Source: Haliotis rufescens (taxonomy: Eukaryota). Taken from it: a DNA stretch of 64,000 nucleotides. Below, piece by piece: positions 13,525 to 28,200 of the stretch. The number at the start of each line of letters is the position of its first letter. The first letter of the stretch is position 1. The notes under the pieces were generated by a model. The model made no database searches. It was not told the origin of the DNA and was given only the letters and a program-made list of their open reading frames with translations. The translations under genes and the position numbers were made by a program. The stretch is taken from contig NW_025964361.1 in the NCBI RefSeq assembly GCF_023055435.1, positions 23,250,001 to 23,314,000 on the forward strand, in the 5' to 3' direction.

Positions 13525-14770
13525 CATTGTGTACCTGTACATGCTTCCAGGAGTTCACGTTCCTCTGTTTGTCTGACACTCATATCAATAATAACAGACA
13601 ATGAAAACATTGTGTACCTGTACATGCTTCCAGGAGTTCACGTTCCTCTGTTTGTCTGACACTCATATCAATAATAACAGACAATGAAAACATTGTGTAC
13701 CTGTACATGCTTCCAGGAGTTAACGTTCCTCTGTTTGTCTGACACTCCTATCAATAATAACAGACAATGAAAACATTGTGTACCTGTACATGCTTCCAGG
13801 AGTTAACGTTCCTCTGTTTGTCTGACACTCCTATCAATAATAACAGACAATGAAAACATTGTGTACCTGTACATGCTTCCAGGAGTTAACGTTCCTCTGT
13901 TTGTCTGACACTCATATCAATAATAACAGACAATGAAAACATTGTGTACCTGTACATGCTTCCAGGAGTTAACGTTCCTCTGTTTGTCTGACACTCCTAT
14001 CAATAATAACAGACAATGAAAACATTGTGTACCTGTACATGCTTCCAGGAGTTAACGTTCCTCTGTTTTTCTGACACTCCTATCAATAATAACAGACAAT
14101 GAAAACATTGTGTACCTGTACATGCTTCCAGGAGTTAACGTTCCTCTGTTTGTCTGACACTCATATCAATAATAACAGACAATGAAAACATTGTGTACCT
14201 GTACATGCTTCCAGGAGTTAACGTTCCTCTGTTTGTCTGACACTCATATCAATAAAAACAGACAATGAAAACATTGTGTACCTGTACATGCTTCCAGGAG
14301 TTAACGTTCCTCTGTTTGTCTGACACTCCTATCAATAATAACAGACAATGAAAACATTGTGTACCTGTACATGCTTCCAGGAGTTAACGTTCCTCTGTTT
14401 GTCTGACACTCCTATCAATAATAACAGACAATGAAAACATTGTGTACCTGTACATGCTTCCAGGAGTTAACGTTCCTCTGTTTGTCTGACACACATATCA
14501 ATAATAACAGACAATGAAAACATTGTGTACCTGTACATGCTTCCAGGAGTTAACGTTCCTCTGTTTGTCTGACACTCCTATCAATAATAACAGACAATGA
14601 AAACATTGTGTACCTGTACATGCTTCCAGGAGTTAACGTTCCTCTGTTTGTCTGACACACATATCAATAATAACAGACAATGAAAACATTGTGTACCTGT
14701 ACATGCTTCCAGGAGTAAACGTTCCTCTGTTTGTCTGACACTCATATCAATAATAACAGACAATGAAAAC
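13525..14770. repeat. Tandem array, 83 bp unit, ~15 copies
   Basis: Unit cattgtgtacctgtacatgcttccaggagttaacgttcctctgtttgtctgacactcctatcaataataacagacaatgaaaa starts at 13525, 13608, 13691, 13774 and onward. Confidence 0.97.
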
Positions 14771-14824
14771 AAAAATAGAATAATTGTGCAAAGGGGCATC
14801 GCAAATGTAACTTCACGATCTAAG

Positions 14825-14985
14825 CGTGAGTGAGTGAGTTTGGTTTTACGCGGCTTTTAGCAATATTCCAGCAATATCACGGCCGGGGACACCAGCAATT
14901 GGCCTTACATATTGTACCTATGTCGGAAATCGAACCCGGGACATCGACGAGCGAAAGCTTTAACCACAAGGCTCCCCGACCTCCC
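14825..14985 (-). mobile_element. tRNA-derived SINE (family A)
   Basis: Reverse homolog of the 6256 copy; 12 bp TSD tcacgatctaag at 14813 and 14986. Confidence 0.85.
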
Positions 14986-17900
14986 TCACGATCTAAGAAC
15001 CATATCTAAATTCTAGTCAGATATCATAAAAGATGTATTTAAAAAAATAAAATAACATATATTGACATACTCCTAATTAAGTTAAATATACTTTTCATGC
15101 CGTAAAGGCACACACGCATAACGTGCATCTTCATTGTATCCCATTGTCAATATCTGTGTACTTATTTGTTTTCACATCGGGACACATGCCGTCCAACTAT
15201 AGTCCCCATTACAAATCACACAAACCGTTACTTTCCATGTATAGGCGAACAGGCAATGTGTCCATGTCCCGAAGTCGACCTTGATCGATCGCTACACTTA
15301 CTTTAATGCTACAGAACGAGTCCGCTACAAACTTGCATCGTGTTCTGAATGACTCGGTCTTTTAATTTGGAAAATTGCATTTTCTCATTGCGCCGAAAGC
15401 GTCGGTGGTTGGATCCCATTTCGGCTAACCATCGTAATGTGCCAGTAAGGTGTGACTTATTTAGGCCAGCATTCATACGCGTTAAGTCAGACATTCATGT
15501 TTCATGTACTGTTCTTTTCTGATTAGATTGCAACGGGTCGGGATGGATTGTCGATGTGTCTTGGCTTGGTGTGCATTTGTTCAACAAAGAAAAGAGACAC
15601 CTGGTGTCTTAGAATACAGAAGATTGCCGCGTGGCAATGTCTTGGCCTCTGTTCTCCCCAGTTGGGGTCAGCCAATATGGACACGGTAGGATAAGGGCAA
15701 GATTTGCGGGATTTCCGTATAGAATACTCGTATAATATAAAAACCGATATAGTCACCAATCCCGGTACTTTTATCATAAAAAGTTCATTTAGAGCTTTAG
15801 ATCTCGGAACGTTGAGTAATTGCATTGGTATCTGGCACATGTCATTCATGGTGGTCATTCGTGCGGAATTCGAATAGGAATGAGTATCATTAACATTTGC
15901 ATCACAAAAAAAAATATCAATGTTATCTATATTCACCATACTTTTTTGTAGCACAAAAGAACAAACACTTTGTGAAAGGTTTCACTGATTCCTCGATACA
16001 CAATTACAATGATGACACCTCTACCATCACAAATTCATGATTAGTAATTAGCACACTTACAATATTGGCAACAGATGTTTGTGACACGGCCCTGTCCCAT
16101 GGATAGCGTCCATCGTGTGAAGGTCGAGGTCTCTTTCGATTGTCCCTACAGTACATCAAAGTCCTGAAAATAGTGTGTCTTATGTGGATGACGACCTTTC
16201 GCAAAGAGTGGCAAACATGTGGACTTAATTGGCAGAGGTGTCCTTTGCCGTTGAACAAAGCAGTTCTCGCACCAGCTGAAGGTCAGACCTTGTAATGGCA
16301 CACTACACTACCCTACATGTACACATAACGGACACTGCAAATGGAATGTTCAGTAGCGTTGACGATCATTGCTCACATTCATTGCACGCAGGAAATTGAC
16401 AGCGAAACACACTGAACAAGAAATCCATGACGCGAGGCAGGGTCTATGTTATAACCTTGAGTTACCCATGCAGAGTCAGCTGCGATCAAGTGCTCCAATA
16501 CGATGTGTCACGTGACGATGTAATCCGGGTAATGTCATTCCCGGACTCTCACGGGTTGTGTTTTCTGGCTCGACAACAACACATTTCACGTTAAAACAAC
16601 AGATAAACAAATATGGTTTGAATATTAACCTCAAATGCACTATTTTCATATGTTCCCATCGATTTTCTTTCAAAATAAGAGTCACAAATAGAGTACAGCA
16701 CTTGGTACGACTGCTGATATTGCTTGAAACAAATACCAGGGGAGAGAAACTTGGTTTAAGAGAATGCGAGAATGCCTGCCGTGATCAAAACTACTGATTA
16801 CTTTCTATAATAGATGTTAGATGTAACCATACGTTATAATGCCCTTAAATAACATTCTAATAAAGATATGCGCTTGATGAATTTAAATATGAACAGGAGT
16901 AAGTGTAAGTGACAACACAAAATACTTTTGAATATTGAAGATTGAAGGTATCCCGTCGTCCTGACTCTTTGTGCAGGTATATCCACAATCGAATGACCCT
17001 GAGGGGTCCGCAAAAAGATAAATATCCTTCAACCTGGTGAATGTGGTGAATGGCGACGACTGAACGGATCTGATGGACAGGATCGGTGTATTTGTTGATT
17101 TCCTGTCAAAGCACCAGGACTGCTTGGCAAGCTGCTCATGATATTAATCACTGGTTTGCTCGGTTCAGACTCGATCTGTTTAAAAACTCTAGACAATCTG
17201 CTACGTATTGTTCTGATATCGTTCTTTGTCACAGCATGAAAAGAAATCAAGTTTATACCAGATGTATGTCTCTACACATGTATGTAAATAGTCACAGTGA
17301 TTAATGTCAGTACATCGTCGTCATGTACGAAGTTCTGTATGACGCTGCTTTGATCAACAATTCAGTTAGTTCGCGGCGTGTCAGCCTTCAGGCCACGACA
17401 TGACGAGCGTGCGCTGTATACCACTAGGCTACACCACCGCTAAGTCAAGCCTAAAAGCATAATCAGAGTAAATCAGGGATATCAACGAAAGGAAACACAG
17501 AACATTAATAACCTCATCAGCATATGATGTCTTTTCAACATAATCGAATTTTATAAGTATTTTCATTCACCGAAATAAATGGGACAAAACCCTTTCATAT
17601 TCATAAAAAAAATATTGAGTGTGCGAATGCGACTGTATCACGAGAAGAACCTTTAGAAACAACGTCTGGATTCAATGAACCGTTGTCTGGATAATGGCTC
17701 TCATTACAGTTTCTTGTACATCGTCAAATGATTTTGATTTCAGAAGTATCACAAAACAAAAACATCGGAAACCCCCATCTAAACACAGGCATCAGAGTAC
17801 TGAATGCGGAACCCTCGCATCGATGTATGGAACTCAGTGACAGGTTTTCCTGGCGTCCTTGGCATCTCTGACAGATTGTGATACGGTTACTTTAAAGAAC

Positions 17901-20773
17901 ATTGCGGCCACAACACGACTTCCCAGGGAATATTTATATTTCCTATAATGCCTCCTGATATATCATCTGTGGCAGATCTCTCAAGCCTATGAAACAAGAC
18001 CCAAATTTGACAAAAACACAAAAACTAATGAAATATGTATATATGATAAACAAAGTTTGTGTTTCAAACAATAATAAATATTTAACGAACCTGTGATAGG
18101 AAATTAGTCCTGATTTTTCGTAAGACCGGGTACTCATGTGAAATTATTTCAATAAAATGTCATGGATGATACATGGTGCTGTTATATTCCAACAATAATG
18201 AATGATGGAGTATGACAAAAATACAAAACACAACGTAGTTACAGAGGAATACGTACAAAGAGCTGTCAAAAACACGGGTGATTCTCCAGTGTGTCAAATG
18301 AAATTGGAAAACATAACCAACACCAATCCATCTAGTGACAAAACATGGAAATTGTTTACTCACAAACGTTATACTCTTTTGGCAAGACAGTTCCTATAAA
18401 AAATGTCCGAGGAAGATGAAATACTATAATAATTCGAATCGTGATCGCCCACCTAACCTAAGTTAAATGATATTTAAACATGCATTTAGACAAAAAGTAC
18501 CCATCACAAAGGGCACTAACTGTGCATCCTACTTACTGATCTGTTCCTTCAATGTACCGTCAGATGTTTATGTTTAGCGTTGTGTCATTCAAACTGGACC
18601 AAAATCAACATATAATGACAGACATATATTGAGATACATGAATATTGTATAATCGAGGATATTATATTACTGAAATATTGCACACAGGGACGTAAAACCT
18701 TACTGATTAAAATGAGCTTTCCTACGTTCTTCTGTTCCACCGGGACCTCTGAGCAAATTACTCTCAGAACATGCACCTCATAATTACATAACGCCGTGTT
18801 CAACGGCCTACTTATGCACACAGTCTCTACTCACGAAGCCCTGCTGACAATTCATGGCAAACTGGAGAGTGCTACCTGACAAATCCTTTTGGATAATAGC
18901 CAATACATCTTTATAACCACGAAACATCTGCCATGGTAGAGAACAATAATTTTCATGCTGAAATGAAACAGTTGAGGATGTCGGCAGAAGATGGCATGAT
19001 GTTGTCGTTTAGTGTTGGATGGCTCTGCCTTCAACGTTTCAACAGATGATTGATCGCAGCCTCTCTGATTCAAAACAAATCTGATAGCGTTTCATCCTGT
19101 TTTCCTTGTCTGATGACTTGGGGACAAACAATTTAATCTTTGACGTCAGTGGCACTTAATTATTCACTCAATTGAAATTGTTAATATTTGATTTTTCTGA
19201 ACGAAACATACACTTTGCACGAGTTCGTATAATGTTTTATTTTAAAGCTGTCCAACATTTCAAAATATCTGAATGCAAACACGGAAAGTAATCTCGTGTA
19301 CATTTCATAAAGACTTTGAAGTCTTTGACAAGTTGTCATACCTCTTTAATGTTTGGGGTGAGTGAGTGTGTTTGGTTTGAATTTTTGCAATATTCTAGCT
19401 ATGCCATGGGTCGAGTGACAATAATCAAAGCGGGCAAGAAAGTAGTGTCGTCTATTTTCGTTAGTTTGTCATGTTCCCGTAAGCACTTTAATAAAACGAT
19501 ATTTAACATGAAGAAACGATGTCAATAAACACGTATTTGCACCACAAGTATTAAATATATAAAGATTGATACCAGCATGTGAGCATAATTATATTGTATG
19601 AATAATATCCTCAATACCCTTTCTAGACAACATCTCAGAACCTAACACTAAATTTCGCTACAGCAGAGAGAACTGATCCGTCAACATGGATATCTTACTT
19701 TGCGTACGCGTTGTACTTACAAACATTACAATTTATCAAACTCATAGTAGAGAACGTTGCAAACCATACACCTTATCAATCTCGAATTGTACGTGTACTC
19801 AAATGCAAAGTGTGCTATATATACGATGTTTACAGTTCGTAGTGATTCGTAGCAATTGTCGCCACCGCCGTGACAGCGCTTTGGCGCGAGGTTTCAAATG
19901 TTTAAATAAGAGGGTTTTTTTAACGTCTCTTGTTGTAGTATTTTTTTGTCCCTAGTGTCCATCAAACAGGCAAATGTGGCAGTAAAACATTAACCCATCC
20001 CCCCCTAACCTTTATCATTTCGTAGTACTACATGCATTTACCTTTCAATGTCCTCTTTGGAGTTTGCCTCTCATGGAACACAATTGGTCCTCGAGGGCCG
20101 CCACATGTCGTAATGTAAAAATTGTTGAATACCACAAATCCGTTAACTAAATCATCAAAAGAATCCTAATGTACAAAGTGCAAGCGAATACGTTCAGTAT
20201 GACTCTCTTACATGGAGTCTACATTGTGTCTTACTCGGCATACTCGTGGTCAAATGTGACGCGTGTGTGTTTATGTGTCTGTGTGTCAGTCTGTCTGTGT
20301 GTGTGCCTCTGTGCGTCTGAGTCCACGCAGTGCAATATATGCAACAGGGTGCGTTGAAATTATATATATTGTTTGCGGAAACGAGAAATGTATTATTTTT
20401 CCGTTTCATAAATTGTATCCCAATAATAAGCAGCAGAGACTGGAAAAACAACAAATGTTTATCCGATTGATGAAACCCAAATTGAACTCTAGAATGCATT
20501 AATACATTTGTCATTTCAATCGTAAATGTTACACTGCTACTTTACAAATACTGTAGATTTTAATTCAAATGTCTCTCAACAATTGTTAAATGACGTGGTG
20601 TCGTCGCTGGAGTGTGTAAATACATTACGACGTCACAACTGTAATTTATGACATCATAAGTACGACGTCATTCATTGTCAGTTTCACTGAAGAGTTGTCA
20701 TGAGACAGTGAAAGTACTATGTCTAAAATTGATATTAAAAGGATGTTTGACTAACGTGGACTAATGTGGACTT

Positions 20774-20776
<3 letters not shown>

Positions 20777-20832
<56 letters not shown>
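20777..20832. repeat. (TA)n microsatellite abutting a Tc1 end
   Basis: Pure TA run. Confidence 0.95.
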
Positions 20833-20833
<1 letters not shown>

Positions 20834-21136
20834 TCACCGACAAAAGTAACGCGAATACCATACATGTTGGTTAATTTATGAAGAATTACTCATATTCAAG
20901 AGATATTAGAACGGTTCGATGCACAAACGAGCATAGTGGTATTTTGTGTGAACCGACGCTCATGAACGCAGTGCAGCATATCGTGATAAGAATAAAGCCG
21001 CTCTGTTGTAACACTTGACCTATTGTAAGTTTTGTCATTAAGTGATACACATTGGAAACATCTCTTCCTGACGTACATACTTCTCTATATGTTTCTGTGG
21101 TTCATGTTTCTTTTAGCGGTGAGTACATGTGTGTGT

Positions 21137-21189
<53 letters not shown>

Positions 21190-21617
21190 ATTAAATCCAT
21201 GCTTGTGGAATCCTAGCTTACTCTTCCTGCAATGCTTGTAACAGCTGCTGAAGCGTCTGATGTGGCGGTTGTGGTTGGCGTACGTGACCGTCAAGGTCAT
21301 CCCACAAATGTTCTATGGGGCTAAGATCTGGCGATTTGGAAAGCCGTGAGAGAACTGTAATGTGTCAACAGTCGCACGTGCAGTATGCGGCCAGGCATTA
21401 TCTTGCTGGAACAGTACCAAATTGCACGTGGATATTGCAAACAGATCTTTCTCCATGACATTTTCATGCAAATTGACACTACCTTTTGCCGAAATGCATC
21501 ATATCTAAAATATGACCAGCTGAATCTTTTCCATGTACATAAAAGAGCATTTTTAATTTTTTTTTATTGAAATTGCCTCTTTCCATCGCACCAATTCGAT
21601 TCCTTTTTGGGAGTGTA
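20833..21617 (-). mobile_element. Deleted Tc1/mariner element
   Basis: Minus strand LFQQDNAWPHTAR and SPDLSPIEHLWDDLD...TLQQLLQALQEE (DD34E catalytic region) at ~21200-21415; TIR-like ends ctcaccgacaaaag and cctttttgggagtg-TA. Confidence 0.8.
21128..21188. repeat. (TG)n microsatellite inside the Tc1 remnant
   Basis: TG run. Confidence 0.95.
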
Positions 21618-22884
21618 TGTTTGTTACTTTTCTCACTACCGGAGACAATTTTTAAGAATGTTCAAAGGTAGCTGAGTACCGTTTTCAACAAGTTCTACAC
21701 AAGTGTTTGTACATATACATTTTGATTTTGCTATTCAAAGACGCAATATGTAATCACTGTCCATTATGATTGAATAATTTAATAAATCTGTGCATGAACT
21801 ACACTTTAACTGTCAAGTGTAAAGCGCATTCTACAGTACTTTAAAACGCCACATTGATGAAGAACGAACATGTCAATACAAAAAGCATGCTGATTCTTCG
21901 TGATAAGTGCTCCCCATCAGCAGTAGCACGAACGCTAATGAATGTAAGCCTCATCCTCTCTTGCAGTCGTTGGGTAAGGTATTATCAGAAGTCAGACTAA
22001 CGTGATTGCAACCATCCATAGGATACCCAAGAATCTTTTATTGTCAGAAATGGTTAAGTTGAGTGACTTCCCATGCCAATGTTATAGTGTTACCGTTGAA
22101 ACCGTGCTGATAACGAATATAAAAATGAAAGAATTGCACCCTTTTTAACAGTGTCGAAGTCGATTAATTGCCATATCCATTTTGTTGGTTGAACATTTGA
22201 ATATAGTTTTTCATCCTTTGCCGAGATGGAAAGCTCCAGTCTATCAGGTCTTGCCTTGCTTTTGTTCTCCAGAGACTACACAGGGTTTACACGCACACTT
22301 GAGAACTTAATCTCGACAGGTTTGCCTCAGAAGAAACGTCTTGAGTAATCAGTAAACAGATAGCCCTTCTCCCGTCACGTTGTTTTTTTGTGTGTGTGTG
22401 AATTGAAATAATTGGATGGTCTCGAGGTCATGTCACGTGATGGAAACCAGCTTCATGTGTATATCATAACACTTGTGTATTGATCATTTGAAGAATTCGT
22501 ATTGATATTCATAGTTTATTTCCCTCTAGGACGCCCAATACGTCCAGTGCCATCATGGTTTCTTTCAACGCTTCTGGAGATACAATGATCACATGCTAAC
22601 GTACAAAAAACTACAAAACCCTTTTCATATTCACAAGAAATCTCTGCTAAAGAGTCGATTGTACGATTCCGACTATATCATGAGTATGTGTTTATGAATC
22701 ACTTTCAATAGTCACTGTGTTAGAAACGACACAATGATATAACCACTTACATTCTAACCTGCCTAATGCACCAATGGTGTCATCACTGTCATCTGTGCAA
22801 GCAGGTTTCGTTATTACTTTCTTTGTACTTTGTTCCTGTTTTTTTTATAGTAACAGAGAAACGAATATGAACAAGCCCAATGTG

Positions 22885-23065
22885 AATTGTAACATATGCT
22901 ATATTTGGGATAACACCTTCTTAGCGATTAACCTACTCAGCCACCGATTTAGTGCTTCACTCTGGGAGTGTGGGTTCGAATCCCGGATGGGACTCAACCA
23001 AAACGGTATTAGAATCTGTACTTTACGAAGTAAGTGTTATACCAAATATAACATTTGTTACAGTT
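22885..23065. mobile_element. Inverted-repeat-bounded element enclosing a Pol III B-box-like motif
   Basis: ~34 bp inverted repeats at 22885-22918 and 23032-23065; ggttcgaatcc at 22973. Confidence 0.55.
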
Positions 23066-25060
23066 GACCACTTTCTAAATGACATTGTGAATCCAATGTG
23101 AATTGTATCAATGTGTGCGAATTTCACATATGTATCATGTATTTCAAGTCATTTAATGCAAAACACAGTTGGTTATATGAAATAGCAGTTGTGTCTGTGT
23201 GTCTCAAGATATCATAATGGTTATCGGTAATTAGTACCCTTTGAGCATCAAGGGAACACTGCGGATGGTCTGTTTACGAGTCCTGATACATGGGAGGCGG
23301 CAACGCAATTTGCTTTTTTCAGGAATCGACGGGTAACTTGTTATTTAAGTGGAGGCCTAATTATAATATTGTAATGAGGCCCCGCATCAGAGATTGAAAT
23401 AGTGCAATTTACAAGCTAAATAAAGAAAATCGAGAACAAGCGAAGATGTCACGCCTGATTTTGTTGAAGTCGTGTTATTATGCTGTTATTTGAATTCCTT
23501 GAAGTGGTTTGCATAAAACTAAAACATATTGCAAAGATGATCTTTATCTAAATTTCAATTATTGCAACAATCGTTAAAATAAAATGATTATATTGAAGTT
23601 TGGGATTTATTGGCATTAATGTTTTATGCATTCGAAATATTTTTGTAGTGATATAATAAATTAATAATAATTAATACACTCAAAGGAAAAACTTAAAGGG
23701 TTATTGACAAGTATATTACTATACGTGTAGTAGCATCGATAATTGATTTAGTTATGTAATTAAGTCACAATAAGAAAGGTAATTGTCAACCACAGTATTT
23801 TCGCATATTCTGTCTCTAACATATATTATGTCTTACACCGCATAATATAATAACGCCTATATTTCTAATATATCAATCAATGCTCAGTTAAATGTTTATC
23901 TTTTCTGTCTAATATGTCCCTTGACAATTGATATTTACAATTTCACTATTAATCCTCATGGCTATAGCACTGAAACAATTAACCTTCCACTTTAACTCAA
24001 TTAATTGTACACATAACTGTATGGGCACTGATCCTAGTTACAACTGGTGCTGATTATATATTTTATGAGAGCTCTTCTGTCCCTGCATTGCTGTGTACTC
24101 AGTCAAGGCCGAAACGATAAACATGTATTAAGGTAGTCAATTACACCAATCGATCAATCTGAATGGCAAAATAACCTGCGGGGGGTTCTCCTGCGAAATA
24201 TATCTCAATAAGTGGCACTTTTAGGCGATTGAATACGTCATGACCTGTAAAGGGCTCACTGGTTCCATCATTATACACGACGCCAACTGCAGCAGCTGGT
24301 GATGAAAAGTCTGCATAGAATAAAGTCATTTTCAACAATGATGTACATTTTGCCTCCGATTCCATGTTACGAAATGTTCATCTTGAAACGACAAATTCGC
24401 CTAAAGAATGGTAAAAGGACCTAACAAAAACAGGACCTGCTTGAGTCCACGCTTACATTGTATCCACATACAGTGTACTACCGGCGCCAGTTTGTTGTCT
24501 CTGAGTATAACAGATTAACTAGGATTCATGACTGTTCCTTAGTGTGAATAGTATTTCAGTATTAGAGGGGATTTCATAATAGGCGCGCAGAGCTTAACCC
24601 AGAAATCGGTTCGTACTAAACTGTGAAATCGGTCCATAAACATACAAGATAAGATCAATGATTACTTAACAAATTATATCGAAACACACACTTTTAGGTT
24701 TCAGTCAGAAAAGGCAATACAATCTGTGGCAGCAGCAAGAAACATGCACTATAACAGATATCACTGCACTCTCTTATGGCGAGAATTTCTCACACAGGTG
24801 AGAAGTCGTTTCTTCGATGGGTTTAACGTCCGCACTGGACAGGTAGATAATACATTCGTCAGGCCGTAAAATGCCTGGACACGCCCTCGTCGCGCTTTTA
24901 TACAGGTACAAGCAGACTTCTAGAAGCTGTCCCTCACGAAAGCTATCACGATATAGTCTGTCTCTGTTTATTGACAAACAAAGTACTCGTGATCGCCACT
25001 AAAAAATCTACAAACAACACACTCGACATATTACGAGCGCCTCATCTGCTGCCACTTACA

Positions 25061-25201
25061 GTGAGTCAGTGTGTTTTGGGTTACGCCGCGTTTAGCAACA
25101 TTACATCAATAACAATGCGACGGACAATAACTATGGGTAATGGAACCCATACCCGAACCCGAACGATCGAAGCCTTTAACCACTATGCTACCCCACCACC
25201 C
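25061..25201 (-). mobile_element. Degenerate tRNA-derived SINE (family A)
   Basis: ttacgccgcgtttagcaaca...cgaacccg...gcctttaaccactatgctacccc matches the 14825 copy. Confidence 0.65.
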
Positions 25202-28200
25202 GAGCTGCAGTTACAAACTACTGCCTTGACAATAGTAATATGGTAATATAGGCACTATTTGTTTTCAATGTATGTAGAGGAGAGATTTTGGTTTGTATGA
25301 TGTTTGTAGAAATGATTAGCATTCCATATAGTATCGATTAATTTAATATATGATCAGTTCAAATTCATCAAACGTGTCAGTATTACGCAAACATGAAATC
25401 ATTAATGATAATAATGTGTCTAAAGCACTCTTTGACGGATGGACATGATGTGCATCCAGTCCAGTGTGCTTGTGAGGCTCAATTAGGCTGCAAGTATATA
25501 TCAACTTTTATCATCATCTACTTTCCTGTCAATTATATTCGTTTTTATTTGAACTATGGAACTTTCACGACGACTATCTATCGATATTGGTGATGTGATT
25601 GACATTAGCTTGACATTCATCCGTAAACCGATACCGTATCCATCATCTGTGGTATCAGTCATCTTACTTTGGATCGCCAAAGGTCGGTATGATTAACGTG
25701 CTACTTTCATCAACGAATCTTCCTGAAATATTCATCACGCAATGAACCATGAGAGTTACAACAACTGAAGTGTCTAAGAAAATGCACAAGAAAACATTAG
25801 TGTAGATTACATTGACATTAGCGCCATAGATGAAAGAGTCGCGGCACTCTCGTGGAATGGAAGTCCTATTGGGAACAAACCATAGGCCACAGCCTTGAAG
25901 ACATCTCGGATGAAATATCTGCTCCTCGTAAGTTGGTAACAATTTAGGTGTTAGTAAATTTCATCTCTGATCACATCTCTGATTCATCATCCATGAGGTG
26001 CTAGCGTGGTCCGTTTGTCCGCCTTTTGGTTTGTGTCTTTATTGATCATCGCCAAAACATGTGAACGGAAAAGATGAAACTAAATGTCAGTTCAGATTCT
26101 CATTCTTTCAAATAACAAGACCTACATCTGTTCAAACGGTTCCAATCTAGCAGTCAATGTGGCCCTGTCATCTCACATACTGAAATATTTTTTTTGCAAA
26201 TAGTACTTTTGAAGATCATTTTGTCAGAAAATGAGTGAGCGATTATGGTTTTACGAATTGTTTTTATCAAAATCCCTGCAATATCTCATGGCGAATAAGT
26301 CAGAAAATGAAATATAGTGTATAAGTTTAATGAAGTTGGTACACACTGTGTGTTCCGGGTTTGGCTGTGTTTTGTTTCACTGTTTTCGTTCCCATTATGT
26401 TTTGTTTGTTTGTTATTTCACTCAGCCACGTCACTGAGCCTGGCCGCCCGATTCCTTCGGTCGCTTCGACCAGCACAGATTGTACGGGACCAACTCAAAC
26501 CCGAAATCCCAACGGAGGTCCAAATTATATGATTAAGGAAGGAATCTATAATAGTTTGCTCGGATTAGCAAAGTCAAAAGAAGGTCATTTGGCCTAAAAG
26601 TTTAACCTAAGCTTCAGATACATCGATGATCTTATATCGTTCAAGAACCATAAAATAGTCAATTCCCTTCCACTGATTGTTTTTGTCACAATTTTTATAC
26701 ATAGATAAAAATATGAAACAGGTGAGGCGGTTTCACTGGCCCCTTTTATTTGACTATGTGATTATTATTGAACGATAACAGATCACCGATACACCTGGAG
26801 CTTTCTTTTAAGTTGGTCTGATTCATTCCTATACTTTTCAGAACTGTTTTACCTTTAACGCCCAATGGAATATCTAGACTGATCTGATGTTCATCTGCTA
26901 TATTTATCTTTTTGTCCAAATTCCCTTGTTCTGATGTTGCAGATCCAAATAGAAATTACGATTCATACGCATAAAGAAGCAGATCAACATGTAGGGCAGC
27001 ACAATTGGCGCCGATGATGATGCCTACCTCTTGCCTAATTAAATGTCTTACCCCCAAATTTCACATGTTTGATTTCATTTTGGACAAATTGTCCCGAACA
27101 TTTGAAGATAGAGATGTAACTATATCTATGGTCACCATGTTTAGTGACAAACGCACCATGAATCAAGGAATGTAGTTTTTCCTTAGGATTTTCGACTGGG
27201 ATAGTGGTGTACACTCAAACACATTCTGTGATTGTATTTAGGATTATGGTTAATCTCTGAGAAAGGGATCTTTTGCACATTTGCTGCACCAAGTAATACA
27301 TCTCTCTTTGTACGGAGTTTATTTAGCTTTAGAATCCAATGCAAAACAGGAATGGTTATGTCAAGTTTGAGAGTCAAGTCAACGATTTTGGCAGATTTCT
27401 TCCTGTTACGCGTCGATTCCAAAATTGAAAGAGTTGTAAACCCAGAAATCTGCACATAAAATAACTTGGTGTGAAACCAACAAACAAACAAACGAATGGT
27501 AATATACAATTAACAATTTTACAAATCAACACAAAATACTGCACACCAATTACAATGGCGTTTCACAATAAAGTGGTGGTACAATTTTCAATGGCAGTAT
27601 ATAATATCATGGCAGTGTTCAGTATGAAATATTAGTGATAATAGTACATTCACCCAGCGGCGAGGGTGGTCAACCTTCCGAAATGTGCCTCGGCAGAGAT
27701 TCCGGGGTCATCTTCAAACGAAAGCTGGCTCGTGTTGTCTTATATAGTCTAACTAACTCCTGGAAAGTTCTACAGAGTGTCCTCACCAGTCTAGCGGCAC
27801 TAGAACATTACGGAATATTCTGTGGCCCATCGGAAGTTTACACGCCACACTAGCATCATCTGAATATAGTAACTTTCTGACGACTGTTTACATTAAATAA
27901 TACTACATTCCTGACGACTAATCATTGTCCAAATCCAATGCAATGAGCGTCTTTCGAATCTCAACAGAAACAATGTAACACATTTATAATCGTTGTTCAA
28001 CAAAAAATACATTGCCATACAACAGTTCCTCAGTTGAAAAACTGGCCTTAAATGTAATATTATTTGTAATGAGTGATGGTTACCTATAATGGTTATTTGA
28101 GGCCTTGTAAGTTGGAACAAATACAAACTTTTCATGCAGAGTAGCCTGACATAATCACGCACTGACACAGTCTGAAACACGTTCATGGGCATTCAATTCG

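Noticed and set aside
13525-14770. CRISPR-like array
   Set aside because: The units are contiguous and near-identical with no unique spacers, there are no cas genes, and the context is eukaryotic. The same applies to 33590-36420 and 47211-47778.
16170-16230. YVDD reverse-transcriptase motif
   Set aside because: An isolated four-residue match with no other RT motifs around it.
27635-27853. LEHYGI as a CR1/L2 RT fragment
   Set aside because: A single short motif; the expected upstream DxxKAFD is absent.
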